A program made the translations under genes and the position numbers. From positions 310,001 to 374,000 of the forward strand of contig NW_026515669.1 of the NCBI RefSeq assembly GCF_025526975.1: a DNA stretch of 64,000 bases, read 5' to 3'. The DNA is from Fimicolochytrium jonesii (lineage: Eukaryota). How positions within the stretch are numbered: the stretch's first letter is position 1; every line of letters begins with the position of its first letter. Under the pieces are notes generated by a model, which saw nothing but the letters and a program-made list of their open reading frames with translations, searched no databases and was not told where the DNA came from. Shown here piece after piece: positions 24,550 to 38,157 of the stretch.

Positions 24550-27500
24550 ATGAAGGTCGTCGCACTCATCAGGTACCTTACCGCAACGCATAATGATCTA
24601 TACTTTACACAAATGAAGATAACACCTTCTTCCAGTGGCGGCAAAGACAGCTGTTTCAACATGATGCACTGTGTCGCCAACGGTCATAAAATAGTGGCAC
24701 TAGCCAACCTCAAACCCGCCGTATCCAGCGGGAAGGGCAAGTATATCTCCTTGCGAAGACCGACAAACGTTGAGAGCAACCTGTTGAACCAAGCCCTGGA
24801 CCTGTAGACGAACTGGATAGCTACATGTATCAGACAGTGGGACACGACGCGATCGACATGTATTCTGGGTGCATGGACCTGCCGATGTTTAGGCGAGAGA
24901 TACAGGGCCAGTCGATTTCGCGAGGGAGCGATTACCGGCCGACGGTGGAGGACGAAGTTGAAGATCTTTATGAGTTGCTTTCGGAGGTGAAGGTATGTTT
25001 GATCTGTCTTTAATTCGCGAGACCCGAGCCGGGTTGCATGAAGCGACAGCTACCTCCGCTCTGGTGGGGGAAGCGCGGGCCAAAAATCCTTATGGAAACT
25101 GCACCATCCGATCTTGTTGGAGCGAGCACCAATGACCAGGAAGGATATAGTTCATCCCTGCTCCGTCGCTCGCCACAAGAATGCTTGAGGAACGTGCAGC
25201 GCCACATCGCTGTCATGAGAGTCAGCGAGCCGGATAATGCGCATCCGTCCATCGCTCGCTCGCTCACATCAACTCTCCCGTGGGAACTACTGTACATGTA
25301 GAGATCAATTCCAAATGTCGAGGCCGTGGCAACGGGTGCGATTCTATCCAATTACCAGCGAGTACGAGTCGAGAATGTGTATGTACCCTATAGAAACATT
25401 TGTCAATACAATGCAGTTTCTCATACATGAGTCCATAGATGTTCTCGTCTCGGGCTTACATCGCTGGCCTACCTGTGGGAGCGAGATCAGAAGGAGTTGA
25501 TGCAGGAGATGATCGCATCTGGACTGCATTCTATACTCATCAAAGTGGCGTGCATGGGTATGGACCGCTGTCGGTCGGGTGAATGACGGACGCAGTGCTC
25601 ATGGAGACTGGAGCACATAGGGTTGACGCCGAAGCATCTGGGGCAGAGTCTCGCGGAAGTCCATCCCCATCTCTTACGTTTGGTAAGAGCACTCAGTATG
25701 CCTACCCTTACAGCAGCGGATGCTCATCAGGCAATCTTCCCTGACAGAACGAGCGCTACGGAGCCCACGTATGCGGCGAAGGCGGCGAGTTCGAGACCTT
25801 CACCCTCGACTGCCCACTGTTTATCAAACGCATCGTGATGTACGTTTCCACCCCATTGCCCATGCACATCGCATTTGATCATCCTCACACAGAAATCCGC
25901 ACGTCACGTAGAGACAAGATGGAGGAAGTTATCCACTCGGACGACGGTGTCGTTACGGTCGCCTATCTGCGGATCGTGAAATGTCATCTAGAGGTGAAGA
26001 ATGTGGAGGAGACGGGGCTTAGCGAGAATTTGAGGGAGGAGCTGGTGCAGAATCCGATGGCGGTTGAGGAGTATGCGGGCGATGTTGACGACGTGGAATG
26101 GGTGAGAGCGCGTACACCTGCAGGATCGGATTGCAAGCGCACTGAGGCTGACGGACGCTTGGCGAAAAGGGCTCAGTTAGCCGAACTGTACTTCCGGAAA
26201 GCACTATATCCGCTGAAAGTACCACTGATACATCATGTGAGTTGCTACGTGGCACACCTCTTCCGGCTCGTTCACTAGAACCCAGTTCTCTGCCGCAGAT
26301 GAATGGCCAATTTGCAGTCGGAGAGCAACCTACCTCGCCTTCTCCGGCGTCGACATCCACACCGAGGGAGTAAATCCCACCCGCCAAAACAATCTCACCG
26401 CCCACCAAGAGATCATAATGGTGATGGACTCCATGCAAAGTAAGGAGGCATCACGACTGTTCATTCATAAGCATACTATACTGATGAGAAAGGTCCTATG
26501 GTTCCTTAGGTCGCTTGGCAAAGCAGTCTCTCACTTGGGACAACGTACTAAACATGCATGTTAATGTGCGGGATATGGAGGACTTCGCCACTTTGAACGC
26601 GAGCTATAAATCGTACTTTGGGATCAACCCGCCTCCCCGGTAATGCCTATTTGGATCTTCTAAGCTTTAGGAAGTCGAGAGACCAAACTCCGTTTCCAAT
26701 CCACAGAGTAACGATCCAAGTCCCCCTCCCGCCCACCACTCGCCTCCAAATCGACCTCCTCGCATACACATCCCCCAACCCGCACCAACAAAAATCCACT
26801 TTACACGTCCAATCCCTCTCCTACTGGGCCCCCGCCAACATTGGCCCCTACTCCCAACTCGCCTCCACTCCCTCCCAAATCCACCTTGCGGGCCAGATCG
26901 CGTTGGTCCCGCATACCATGAAGTTTGTGAATGCGACGACACCGGGGGCGGAATTGAGTGTGAAGGCGTTTAAGGAGGAGGCGAGGTTGGCGTTGCGGCA
27001 TGTGGGGAGGGTGTTGGCGACCCGGGGCGTGGGATTGGAGGAGGCGCGGATGTGTGTGGGGTATGTGACTGATGTGAGGTTTGTGGACGTTGCGAGGAGG
27101 GTTTGGCTGGGGAAGGTATGTTGTGCCTCACCTATCTTGATGGTGGGAAGGGCGACGTGAAACTGAATGACATCGTTTTCTACATAGGCGCGGGCCTCTG
27201 TCCCGGCTGTCTTTATCGTCGTACCAAGACTTCCCCGCGACGCCAACATCGAGTGGCATATCACTTGCGGGACCCCGGGACAGTCACGCGCAGATGATGA
27301 TGATGATGAGGATGATTCTGCGGTGGAGGAGGACACTTCCGCCCGGACGACGCAAGGTTTGTACTTCCCTCCCTTCTTTACGGGGGTGATCAATCATAAC
27401 CGGAATATTCATAACGCAGCGAAAGCGGAAACGAGTACCGCGAGCATTTGGAAGGTGCAGGGTCTGAGAAATGACCAGACTGGGTACATCATCGGTACAT

Positions 27501-27961
27501 TGGGTTTCAAGGGTAAGGTTGAAACCTTCGTGCTCACGAATGATGCATACGGATCGGGGACTGGAGATCCGATAAAGCTCATCGGCCCTTGCCTATTATT
27601 TTGCCCAGATCCTTCCGGCTTGACATCCGGCGACGCCCTGTCTGGCCTGGTCGAAGAGTTGTCTGCACCGTTTCTTCGCGCGCTTCACGAGTTACGGTTC
27701 ACACCGCAACATCTTATGAATCTACGAGTATTTCACCACCACAAACTGCCGAAAAGCTGGGTTTCTCAAGGTATGGAACCCCTCCTACTGTCGCTCATCA
27801 TTGTGCAGCGAACTTTAACCCGCATACTCCCAAACGAAAACACAGCATTGAAATCACGCGAGCTTTTCAGCACCTCGTCGTCCGCAGTTACACTCATTCC
27901 CGTATCAGCCATAGAAGAGACAGACGCCCTCATGGCAATCTGCGCAACAGCATGTATCTAG
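24550..27961 (+). CDS. DPH6: Diphthine--ammonia ligase with C-terminal YjgF/RidA-like domains, multi-exon
   Basis: MKVVALISGGKDSCFNM, MYQTVGH, GAILSNYQRVRVE, CGEGGEFETFTLDCPLF, LHVQSLSYWAPANIGPYSQ. Confidence 0.93.
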
Positions 27962-28019
27962 AAGTTACAAACACTGCCTATACGTAAATAGACTACCTGA
28001 GCATCTGCCTGCTCTCCCA

Positions 28020-30641
28020 TCAACTACGTCCGGCCTTTCGCTTGAGATACCGTTCCTTAGCCGCCCTGACAGCCTCCTCCCTCTTTCTCGCTTCCTCATC
28101 CACCACCGCCTCCTCTTTATGCCCGCCAACAGCAATATGGGGGTGCGTGTGCGGTCGTGGACTGACTAGCCCGCTACTCCCCTCGTTTGCGTCAACCAAT
28201 GGCGAGACAACGGCGCCTTTGCCGATCTCCTCACCGAATGATCGCTCGACTTGGTGTGCTTCGTCGATGACTTCGTGTACCAGCTCGAATTCCGGTTTCG
28301 GTGCGGGTGTGGTTGTCTCGCCGTCGCCTTTTTGGCTGCCTTCATCGCTTTTCTCATCGTCAGCGGTGAGCTGAGCGACCTCCGAGATAGAGATGCTCGG
28401 ACGCCGTCCTTCGTGATGCCCTGCAACGTTACCCGCAAGCCGGTCCTCATCCACCAAACCCAGCCTGCCCATCAACACCTCAACCCACTCGAACCGGATC
28501 TTGCTGACGGTGCGCATGTTGGCGCGGTTGACGTATTGCACGTCGTTGTAGATCACGAAATCGCATTGCGGGTGTGAGCTTGCTGCGAGAGAGGATTGAG
28601 GGTGGAGGGTAAGGGCCAGCATTTGGGATGCGGATCGGGTTTGTGTGTTTGTTGAGGTGGGTGCTAATGATGAGGACTTGTGGGCTACACTCGGTGCGTA
28701 CGGGTAGAATACGGCGCGTTGGGTATGCCGTTTTGCAGTGTTGACGTAAAATGCGGTGCAGAAAGCGCGTAGAATGGGTGTGGGATCCAGGGATGGACGC
28801 AGATGAGTGCTGCGGCCATCCAATCTCCTCCTCCGCTTTCTGTCGCGCTCGTCATGATCTCTAGATGCAACAGAGGAATCGACAGGCAGACCGAGCTTGT
28901 GCATTACTTCCGTTAGCTGCTCCCGGACTTTTCGGGCAGCTTTCATGGCGCGGTAATGTAGGTAATGATCGTACGCCCAATCCTTCGAGAAATCGTCGCT
29001 CTCCCATTCCTGGTAGATCTTCAACAACGTCAGGTGGTCCCCCGTTGCATCATGGAACCGTTGACGGATCTCCTCCGCCTCCGCCTGCTTACGTTTGCCG
29101 CGCGGAGTTGTAAACACCTCTTCCACGGAAAGCATGGACACAATGGTGAGAGCCTCAGAAGCACAGTGGAAGTCCAGGGAAGCCGAGATAAGCACGCGCG
29201 ACAGGAAAGGCGAGATGGGGAGCTCGGCCATTTTGGAACCGAGCTGCGCGAGATGCCCATGCTCGTCGACGGCGCCCAATAGGAAAAGGGACTTGATGGC
29301 CGCGACGATCAGTTCCGGATCTGGCGGGTCGATGAATTCAAAGTTGATAATGTCTTCTATGCCCATCTTCTTCATCGACAGCACGGTCCCAATCAATGAA
29401 CTCCGTTGGATTTCGGGAATGGTGGCCGGGTCCATTCCCTCGAACGCTTCTCGCGAGTACAGGCGGTATACCTTGCCCATCGCAGTTCTTCCTGCCCGAC
29501 CAGCCCTCTGAGTCGCCGCGGCCTGACTGATCGGCACAACGACCAGCGCATCTACACCAGTCTGCGCGTCAAACATTTTCTGCTTGACAAAACCTGAATC
29601 CACCACGTATCTGATTCCAGGTATCGTTACACTCGTCTGAGCTATGTTAGTCGCGAACACGATCTTACGCACGCCGTCGGGGGCATGATCGAAGATTGCG
29701 CGCTGTTCCAGGGTCTCGAGGGAGGAGTAGATCGGGAAGATGGCGACGTCGCGGACTGTGCTCCGATAACGGACTTCGTCGTAGTCTAACTCTTCGTGGG
29801 CTTCTTGGAAGAGGCGGGTAGCCTGCTCGATTTCCTGTTGCCCTGTGAGGAAGACCAAGACATCACCAGGCTCCTCGTTTTTGTGTATATGCAACACGGT
29901 GTCGACAGCTCGTCTCAGGAAGGTGGCCTTTGCCGCGCCCAGCTTCATCTTCTTTTGCCAAAAAATGTCTACCGCGTACATTCTGCCAGGAATGGAGAAT
30001 ACAGGTGCATCCCCAAAATACGCCGCGAAACGATCAATCTCCAAGGTCGCGCTCATTATGACCACTTTCAATTCCGGACGTAGTCGGCATGCCTGGCGAA
30101 GTAGCGCAAACAAGATATCTGTCTCTAAGCTCCGTTCGTGCGCTTCGTCGAGAATAATGAGGTCATAGGCCCGGACTTGTGGGTCCGTAGCCACATACCG
30201 AAGCAGGGTACCGTCTGTGACATAGAGCAACCGAGTCGAGGAAGAGGATTGCTTTTCAAAGCGGATCGAGTACCCAACAAGGTCGCCAACACGAGTGCCC
30301 GTCTCCTCGGCGACTCGTCGGGCGGCGGATATGGCAGCTATCCTGCGCGGCTGCGTTATGCATACATTGCGGATAGCTGGAAGTCCCTCAACCACGTATT
30401 GTGGTAACTGCGTCGTTTTCCCACTTCCTGGAAAAGAAGGAGAAGTTTAGATCGTGTTCCTATGGGTGTTCTTCCTGAACGTGTCTCTGCAGTCTCGTTC
30501 CTTGCCTGTGTCACCGACCACGATCAGAAACTGATACTCCTCAATAGCGGCCAGCAGCTCGTCCCTGTAGGTGTATATGGGCAGCTCTTTCCTGAGGTCC
30601 GCGAGCCGCCGCTCCGACTGGGTTGCTTGTCTGCCTGTCAT
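28020..30641 (-). CDS. DEAH-box RNA helicase (Prp22/Prp43/DHX40 class), 2 exons
   Basis: LPIY...VVGDTG|SGKTTQLPQ, TQPRRIAA, DEAHER, SAT, QRAGRAGR, HA2 region. Confidence 0.92.
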
Positions 30642-31095
30642 TTCGCCAGTGACCACATGGACAGGTATAGAACGGGAAAAAGCGCCGAAACCTCGACGAC
30701 GCGTTTTGCGACTGCTATGATCACGAGCAACCGCAACAAAGGCGCAGTTTTGCCATACTTGGCGCCCCGAACTTTAGATCGCACACTTGCACAAAGAATT
30801 GGCGACGAAGTGGGATCTCCATCAACCAGAAAGGCTACTCGAATAGGATTGCGGCGGACAACCTAGTACCTGGCCATCAACTGCCTTTCCTGATTCGGGA
30901 CTGATACATCACAGAACAGCAGCTGGGTATATAATAAATTGTATTCGTGCCAGACATCGTAGGAGCATATGACCAAAAAGTGCAACACAAAAAGCTACAT
31001 AGATAGCGTGCTAGAAGGGCCGGGATTGAGTCAAGGACTAGGCGTAATCACACGCCGTCTCCGACGCTCTCGTGCTGACGCATCTTGTGAATGCA

Positions 31096-31446
31096 CTAGC
31101 AGTTACATTGACCCTTGGGACACTTGCAAGCGGATCCGCACGAACAAGAGTGGTCGGCGACCTTCCGTTCGGGTTCACCACAGTTGCATCTGCGAAAGAT
31201 AAAGACACATATATGAATATCACTTCCATATAAGCGCAAGTACACGGACTATTTGATAACTTACTTTTCGTTTTGCGCAGGGCATACACACTTTGTCCCG
31301 CATGTGCAGTGCGCACTCTCCTTCTTGCTCTCAGCCTTGGCCTTGACGTCCGCCGAGTTGCATTTGCAGGCGGTGCCGTGTGCTCCGTCACAGCCGCAGC
31401 CAACACCGCATTCGCAGACTCCAAGCTTCTCTTGAGTGCCAGACAT
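31096..31446 (-). CDS. Metallothionein, 91 aa with 18 Cys, 2 exons (31446-31265, 31189-31096)
   Basis: Nine CxC motifs; GTAAGT...CAG intron restores the frame to ...KCNCGEPERKVADHSCSCGSACKCPKGQCNC*; TATAAAAA about 120 bp upstream (31561-31568, minus strand). Confidence 0.88.
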
Positions 31447-31911
31447 TGTGAACGATTTGTTGTTTGTTGTTGGAAGAAGTGGAGTGTGGTCGAGGCGAGT
31501 GCTTTGGGTTCGATTTGTTGTGTGTTGTGTTGAGGACGGGGGATGTGCGAGGGGTCTCTGTTTTTATAGCCGCCCGGGTCGCAATTACCTGCTGCTAAAA
31601 AGTCTCTCTGCGGTGTTTTTGCCTGGGAAAGATCGCAACCCCGACAAAAGAACTCACATCGTCACGCGCGCTGACACTATTTAGACAGTGGTGGCTTTGA
31701 TTACAGTGACACAGCAAGCGAAAATGGAGCGTCCCCCCACATACTGTACTACCCCACCCGCACCCCACAACTTGAGGCTCTCTGCCACACCTGACAATCA
31801 AGAATGCGCCATTTTCATCATTGGTCTACAGGTGTGACTACGGTGGTACTGATGTCTACGTTATAGCCGGTAAACAGTGGCTCTATTCATGTCGGCCGTC
31901 GAAAGCACGGA

Positions 31912-33474
31912 TCAAAGAAAGAATGCGGCGTCATCCACCGCGCTTGCTTGCCGTGATAGAGATTTCAGAGCCGACCGCTCTTGTTTGGCTTGCTCTTCAT
32001 CTATCGCTCGGTGATTGAAGCTGTGGGCCAGGATGTTTGTCAGATCGTGAAAATGCCAATGTGACTCACGCCCTCAGTAAGGAACCGCGACTTACAGTTC
32101 ACTGGTTGGGTCGAACTCCGGATTCTTGCATTTGTCCAGCTTCGTATCGATGTCCTTTGCTTCCCCTTTAGGCACGTTGATATCACCCTGTTTCGTGACA
32201 ATATCAACAATGGCCTCCATCTCGACGCGCAGTCGCGCCAGGTTGTCCGCCTCCGCATGAAACCTCGATGTGAGATATCTGATTGGGAGTAACCGCAATC
32301 GTTAGGCCGTCATGTTCAACCAACGTGAACCGGGAGGACCTGTCCCATACTTCTCCAACTCCTTTTCGAAATCATTTTCTCTCGAGGCAGCTAATAAACA
32401 CCCAAAGCCGATCTGAGCAGGCATGTGTGTGAAAATCAGTTCCGATAACGTGGCCAACGCGGCGAATTGCTCTGCCCTATGATATGTCTTTGTCAATCGC
32501 TGCAGATGGAGGTCATGCGCTGCCTTTGGGTGTGCCGAGAGTATATAGTTCTGGAACGTTGTGAGAAGTATGCGACGCCACTGACAGCATGAATCGCTCG
32601 CCCACCTGTACATCTAGGAAGAAACCATGCAAAGGCCAGAATGGGTGATGCACCTGGTATTCGAAGCGAATGCCCTGCGAAAGTTGGAATTCATAATCTT
32701 TCATGACCTCGGCAGTGGGGGCCTTCGGTATTTGCGCAAGGAAATCTCTGAGGGGTATATATTGATTTTCGACCTTGGTGCTCAGGAAGAGACAGGTTAA
32801 GCTGGACGCAAGCAAGTTAGAAAATCGTAAATCTCGTACCGCCCACTAGTGATCCGTCCATGGGACCACACACATACAAATATACTTTGGGGTCATAGTC
32901 CATCATGGTATTCCTCAGATAGAATCGTTTGAAGAACACTACGGCAGTTGCCTGTGGTAGAAAGAGACAGTATTTGTTATTTCGAGTCATTGACGGCCCC
33001 GTACGCAGAGATCACCGGTATTTGGACGGGACGTACCTGAACAAACCGATCTAATGGAGGCTTTATCGCTTTGCAAAACTTCACCAGTCGGTTGACATAA
33101 AACTGGCTCAACCTCTGCTGCTCCTCCCATGAAATGCATTCCGGTATTGGCTCATCTTTACCACTAATTGCCTGCAGAGCATCCATCTTAGCCTCTGAGG
33201 GCTCCTAGTATCAGAACTTGCAGATGTACTGCACCGATTGCTCAGCATAGGCTTTTCGCACTCGTTCCGCCCCCTCGCGATTCACTTTCTCCCGAAGGTG
33301 CCGAAGTTCTTCCGGAGTGAATTTCCAGTGTCGGAACTGCGACGATTCCTCAAAGAGCCTGAAAATAGCTTGGCTGTGAATTTTGAACGCTTCCGTGGCC
33401 GAGAAAGACATAAATACTCACTGCGAAAGGATCGCTGCCGTAGCGTCCGGTGACGGCTCCGTTACAGGAGCCAT
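31912..33474 (-). CDS. CCNH: Cyclin H (Ccl1/Mcs2-like, TFIIH CAK subunit), multi-exon
   Basis: FEESSQFRHWKFT, ATAVVFFKRFYLRNTMMDYDPK, CLFLSTKVEN, VHHPFWPLHGFFLD, FTHMPAQIG. Confidence 0.88.
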
Positions 33475-33912
33475 TGCCCGGGGAAGGCGTCTTACTGTTG
33501 ATATTACTGCACTGCTGCTGGGCGGCGGTGCCTCGAGGCCGTACAGAAGTCGATGATCTCGCGTTTGAAGGCGGCAACGAAGAGCATGGAACGGCGAAGG
33601 CCGTAGGTATTCTGACTATGCTGGGAAGAGATGACGAACGGTGGGGTCGGTATTCTCTGACAATGGCATCTGCGAAGTTTTGTGCGTTTGACTGCTTGAA
33701 AGTTGAGAAATGCAACATGCACTTTCCACCCTGAGACCCTGCTTCTCCTGCTTCCCACCCCAGGCTCTAGCCCAGGCTTTTCCAGACTTGCCTCCATCAA
33801 GACTTTTGCCTTTCGCTGTCACTCCCACCAAGAGCCTTGTCGTCGTTAACAGCTGAATAGGAGCCATACACCCACCCTCTTTCCACTGCAGCCGCCCACT
33901 TGAAGCAGACCG

Positions 33913-36440
33913 ATGATGGCGAGCCCGCCGCCCAGCGACCGAGGCGACGCAGAGCATAGCGTGAAACATGAAGACGAACAGGACACAGTCTCGCCACTGA
34001 ACGGCGGACCTAGCCCTTCAGGAGAGAAGCGGAACAGGGACGAGAATAACCAGGACGATGTCGAGGACGACGCTCGAAAGAAGCGGAAAAAGCCAAGTGG
34101 CTGGGATGATGGAATGGCAACCACGAAGCCAAGCGCTGGTAAGATCCTAGCGAAAACAGAGTGATAACCTCGTGGATACCAGCTCACACCTGGTTTGCAT
34201 CTTCACTTCACCAGCAGCCTCGGCCTCCGTCTCACCACAACCCGAAACGTCCGCCCAAACACAGTCTTTAGCACTGCCCGCCGTGCAGTCCATAAACCCT
34301 GCCCCGGTGTCCCTAGGACTGAGTCTTGAACAAAGGGCGAAGCTGGAACAGGCCAAAGCCTACGCTAGGGAAATCACTGCAAAGGTGGGCTCAAAGTGCA
34401 TTACGTCCTCGACATCGCCGACTGCTGATACCGCCATAGCTGCTTCGATCGAAACTCGGACAAGCACCTCTGATAGCACCGATGGGGATTGCGCTCAATG
34501 CCGGAGTGGAAGCACGGTCAATTGCGGTCATGAGTCGAATCTATGTCGGCTCCATCAATTTCGAGCTTAATGAAGTTCACATCAAAGCCGTGTTTTCTCA
34601 GTTTGGCTACGTCAAATCCGTAAGCATGACTATGGATCCAACTACTGGAAAGCACAAAGGATTCTGCTTCGTGGAGTACGAGGTGCCCGAGGCGGCCGAG
34701 CTGGCCCTCGAGGTGATGAACGGAGCTGATCTGGGAGGACGGTATGCTTCGCGGTCGTTCATGATTGATCATCTGCAGCGGTGAATTCATCTCTAGCCCG
34801 GCGCGCATCGAAGGCAATTGAAAGTCGGTCGCCCAAACAACTACAATCCAGGCATAGGCGCTAACCTGCCGCCACCAATTCCGTCACGTATCTACATAGC
34901 GAATATCAGCGAGTTTGTCTCTGAGCAGAACGTCGAAAGTATCTTTGAATCCTTCGGAAAGATCAAAGGATGCTCGCTTCTGGTATGAGCAAAACAAACA
35001 AAGCAGAATTCTCCATAATCTGCTTATGTACTGATCACACCTCTCGCTCTCGGAACAGCCCGATCTGCAGCTCCGAAAGCATAAAGGCTGTGGGTAAGTT
35101 GACGGTGCTGCCCCATGTAGGCTTAGCCAGATGCCATTTGAAAGCGTCTATAGCGGTCCGGGTATCCTGATTCGAGGAGCGGTGATATTGACCCTCTCTG
35201 TCGACTTGTCTCTCTCTTTTCTCTTTCTATTCTCTTCTCTCTTCGTTCCTCCTCCCCCATACCCTTCCTTTCTCTCCTCCATTCCTCCCTCATTGCCTAT
35301 TTGGTATCCTAACGAATCGTAGACCTTCGTCTGGCAACGAGCGCAGGGATGAGGATGGCCAGTCTGGCTATGACAAGCTAGATCGCCAATGAAGTGCAGG
35401 GTAGATTAGCGGAACGACAGAACTTGGGACACGTGGGAGCATGTCTACGGGGTTCCGAATGGATGCTGACCTGTCTCGTACTTTCGTTGCATATCGCAGG
35501 TATCTCGAGTTCGAAGAAGAAACTTCAGCAGCATCCGCCATCACAAGCATGAACAATTTTGAGCTCGGTTGTTTGCCACTACGAGTTCGCCCGGCGATCA
35601 TCGGAGGGCCCATGCCCGTGGGCATGAAGAACCTGGATCAGTTACCAGTCATTCCGGTTGTTCCGGCCGTCGTTCCCGCCCGCGTTCTCAATGTCGCGCA
35701 GAACATCAACAGCACAATCGGTGAGTTCCTTGATGTTTGTGAAAGTTCCGTTCAGTGAACACTTCCTGAAGCCATCCTCGACAGCACAACGCACTGGACT
35801 TGCACCAGCGCCTTCCTTTCAAATGCCATCCGTCAATCCGGCATTGCAGAACGCAATAGCGAAAGTTAAAGCCCAGATAATGAATGATGATAACTCGACC
35901 CTGGAGGAGAACGTCTCTATAAGCGCAAACCAGCGGTTCGCGATCATGCAGAAGCTGATGCGATCCAAGACTGAAACCGCGGTATGTGAGCTTCTTGCGG
36001 GCTAAGTCCGTTTTGTTACGCCTTCGCTCATCTGGCACAACTTAGCCCCGCACAAACATCGTATCTTTGCGGGATATGGTCTTCTTCAAAGATCTTGACG
36101 ACACTCTAAACGAGGAGATTACGGAAGAGTGTGGGAAGTACGGACAAGTCACTAAAGTCCTGATCTGGGTCGATCCAGTCAAGCAAGCAAATGGGACTCT
36201 GCAAGACGAAGATGCGGTTGACATATTTGTTGAGTTTGGGAGCGCCGACTGTAAGAGTTCTACGTCGGTCACTTGTCGACATGGACAGACCGTTCATTTA
36301 CCAACGAATGCCATCCGGTTTTAGGGGCAGCGCAGGCACGTCAGGGACTGGACAAGCGGTGGTTCGCCGGCCGGCAAATATCCGCCGCATTCATCACGCC
36401 GGAGGAGTTTGCAAGGAAGGAAGCTCAGTCGCGTGGGTAG
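33913..36440 (+). CDS. PUF60: Poly(U)-binding splicing factor PUF60/Half-pint (RRM-RRM-UHM), multi-exon
   Basis: RIYVGSINFEL...TGKHKGFCFVEYEVPEAAELALEVMNG...QLKVGRPNN; second RRM; ISANQRFAIMQKLMR; UHM EECGKYGQV...IFVEF...RWFAGR. Confidence 0.9.
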
Positions 36441-37379
36441 GCGGGGTACGCGGGGGGTGAGCGTACGAGGCCACTCATTCCCGATTCCTCGTGAATGTTG
36501 CGTACATACTCCATAGGGTTAATTGGCCGTGCGAACCAATGTGCGCAAGGCTCACTACTCTGTCTCCAGGAAGGCGACTGCTTCTACACCGGAGCTCAGT
36601 TTGCGATACATGTACATCATAATGCCATTGGCCCCGACACGGTAGTTACATATGAACGCAAATTACGAAAAAAGGTCTGCTGTGATATATGGGCCGCCAA
36701 CTCTGACATTGCTCCTTCCTCAAAGTCTACGGGATTGGAGACCAGACTCGCTGGGACTGCGAAAGCCCGAATCACGGTGGTTCTGGTGGGAGATGATCTG
36801 CCCTGAGTGGCGGTTAGATACCCATGCAGCAGCCTGGACTAACCTTGTTTGGTCTCTGAACTCGTAATCCGCTTCGAATCTGAATACAAGCCTCGGAATG
36901 TCTGTCGGATTCGAGCTCCCGTGCCCTGCGCCATCACACGTCAGCACGAAGGGGAAAGCTAACAGCCATCCGAACGCAGCCACCTCATCCGCGACATCAT
37001 TGACTAAAATCTGATGTCCTGAATCGGTTTCCCGAACACGGACAGAAATGCTATTGAACGAGTCTGCATGTTTCTTAGCGTCAACTGGTGAGCAACGCTT
37101 TGGAAAATAAATTAAATGTCTGTTGCGCAAGAGTGGGACTGACAAGACTGTAGAAACCGCACCTGCAGAGTCTTCGAATTGACGAGTGTAATATGGGTGT
37201 AGTGGTCACGTTCATCTCTGGTGATTCTTTGGAGGAACCTCGGCCGATTTACGAACAAAACGGAATCCTCATTTATGACTAAGGCTTGCAGAAATAAAGT
37301 GGGGGAGATGCCGGATATCTACGATATCAATGGCATCAGATTAACCTGCATAGGCCGGCTTCTCTGCACATTGCCAGAC

Positions 37380-37412
37380 ACAACATAGCGCCAACATAGC
37401 GCCAACATAGCG
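37380..37412. repeat. Short tandem repeat (CAACATAGCGC-type 11-mer x3)
   Basis: Seen directly. Confidence 0.8.
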
Positions 37413-38157
37413 CACAGCGTAAAGCACCGGCTGCGTACACGAGTTCAACATCCACAGACCTGGCGAGTTGCGGCGCAAAAATCGTGTAGGGTATGTGATT
37501 TCAATCGGCCATAAGGGAAGAATGGGTTGAGGAAGGCATCGCTGCGGTCCTCGTCAGCAGGGTGCTTCAGAGCGCATGGTCTCGTCGTGGGCAGAAGTGC
37601 AAACTTTCGTCGTAAGTCCAACCCACAGTCCTTACCGGACACCGAACACCACTGTCAGCAGCTCTTCCAAAAATGCATTCAACTGTTGCTGCAGAACCTG
37701 CCCGAAGTGGTGACGGCACAGATCGCGGATGGCTTCGCGAACCCTTTCTTCCGGAGTCATAACGACGCAAGGCTGAACTTAAAGACAGCTTCTATGGCGG
37801 ACTCCGAGTAGGTTGTGATGTTGTGTCTGTTTATCTATACAGGCCCGTAAGTATGTATGGTATGCCGCCTGGTTCATCCACGTCAGCTCTCCACAGTAAA
37901 TGAGAGTCGATGGCCTGCGAGGGCTTGATCTTGGAATTGAAAGCGGATACTCGGACATGACTCGGACACGGCGGCTCGGGCTATCGTGCCGCGTCCCGTA
38001 CATTTCGAAATGGGTAAACGATGGTCTCCATTACTACTGAACGTACTGTACATACACAGGAAAGTGGGAAGAAAGGGGATGGTAATAGGTAGCTTATGAG
38101 ACCGTGGAGAGAGAGGGAGCCGTGCTACGCCGCTTTCGGAAAGTTCCAGGGATCAAA

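Noticed and set aside
36500..38000. ORFs of 70-141 aa between PUF60 and the F-box gene
   Set aside because: No recognisable motif or consistent splice model; cannot be supported as genes.
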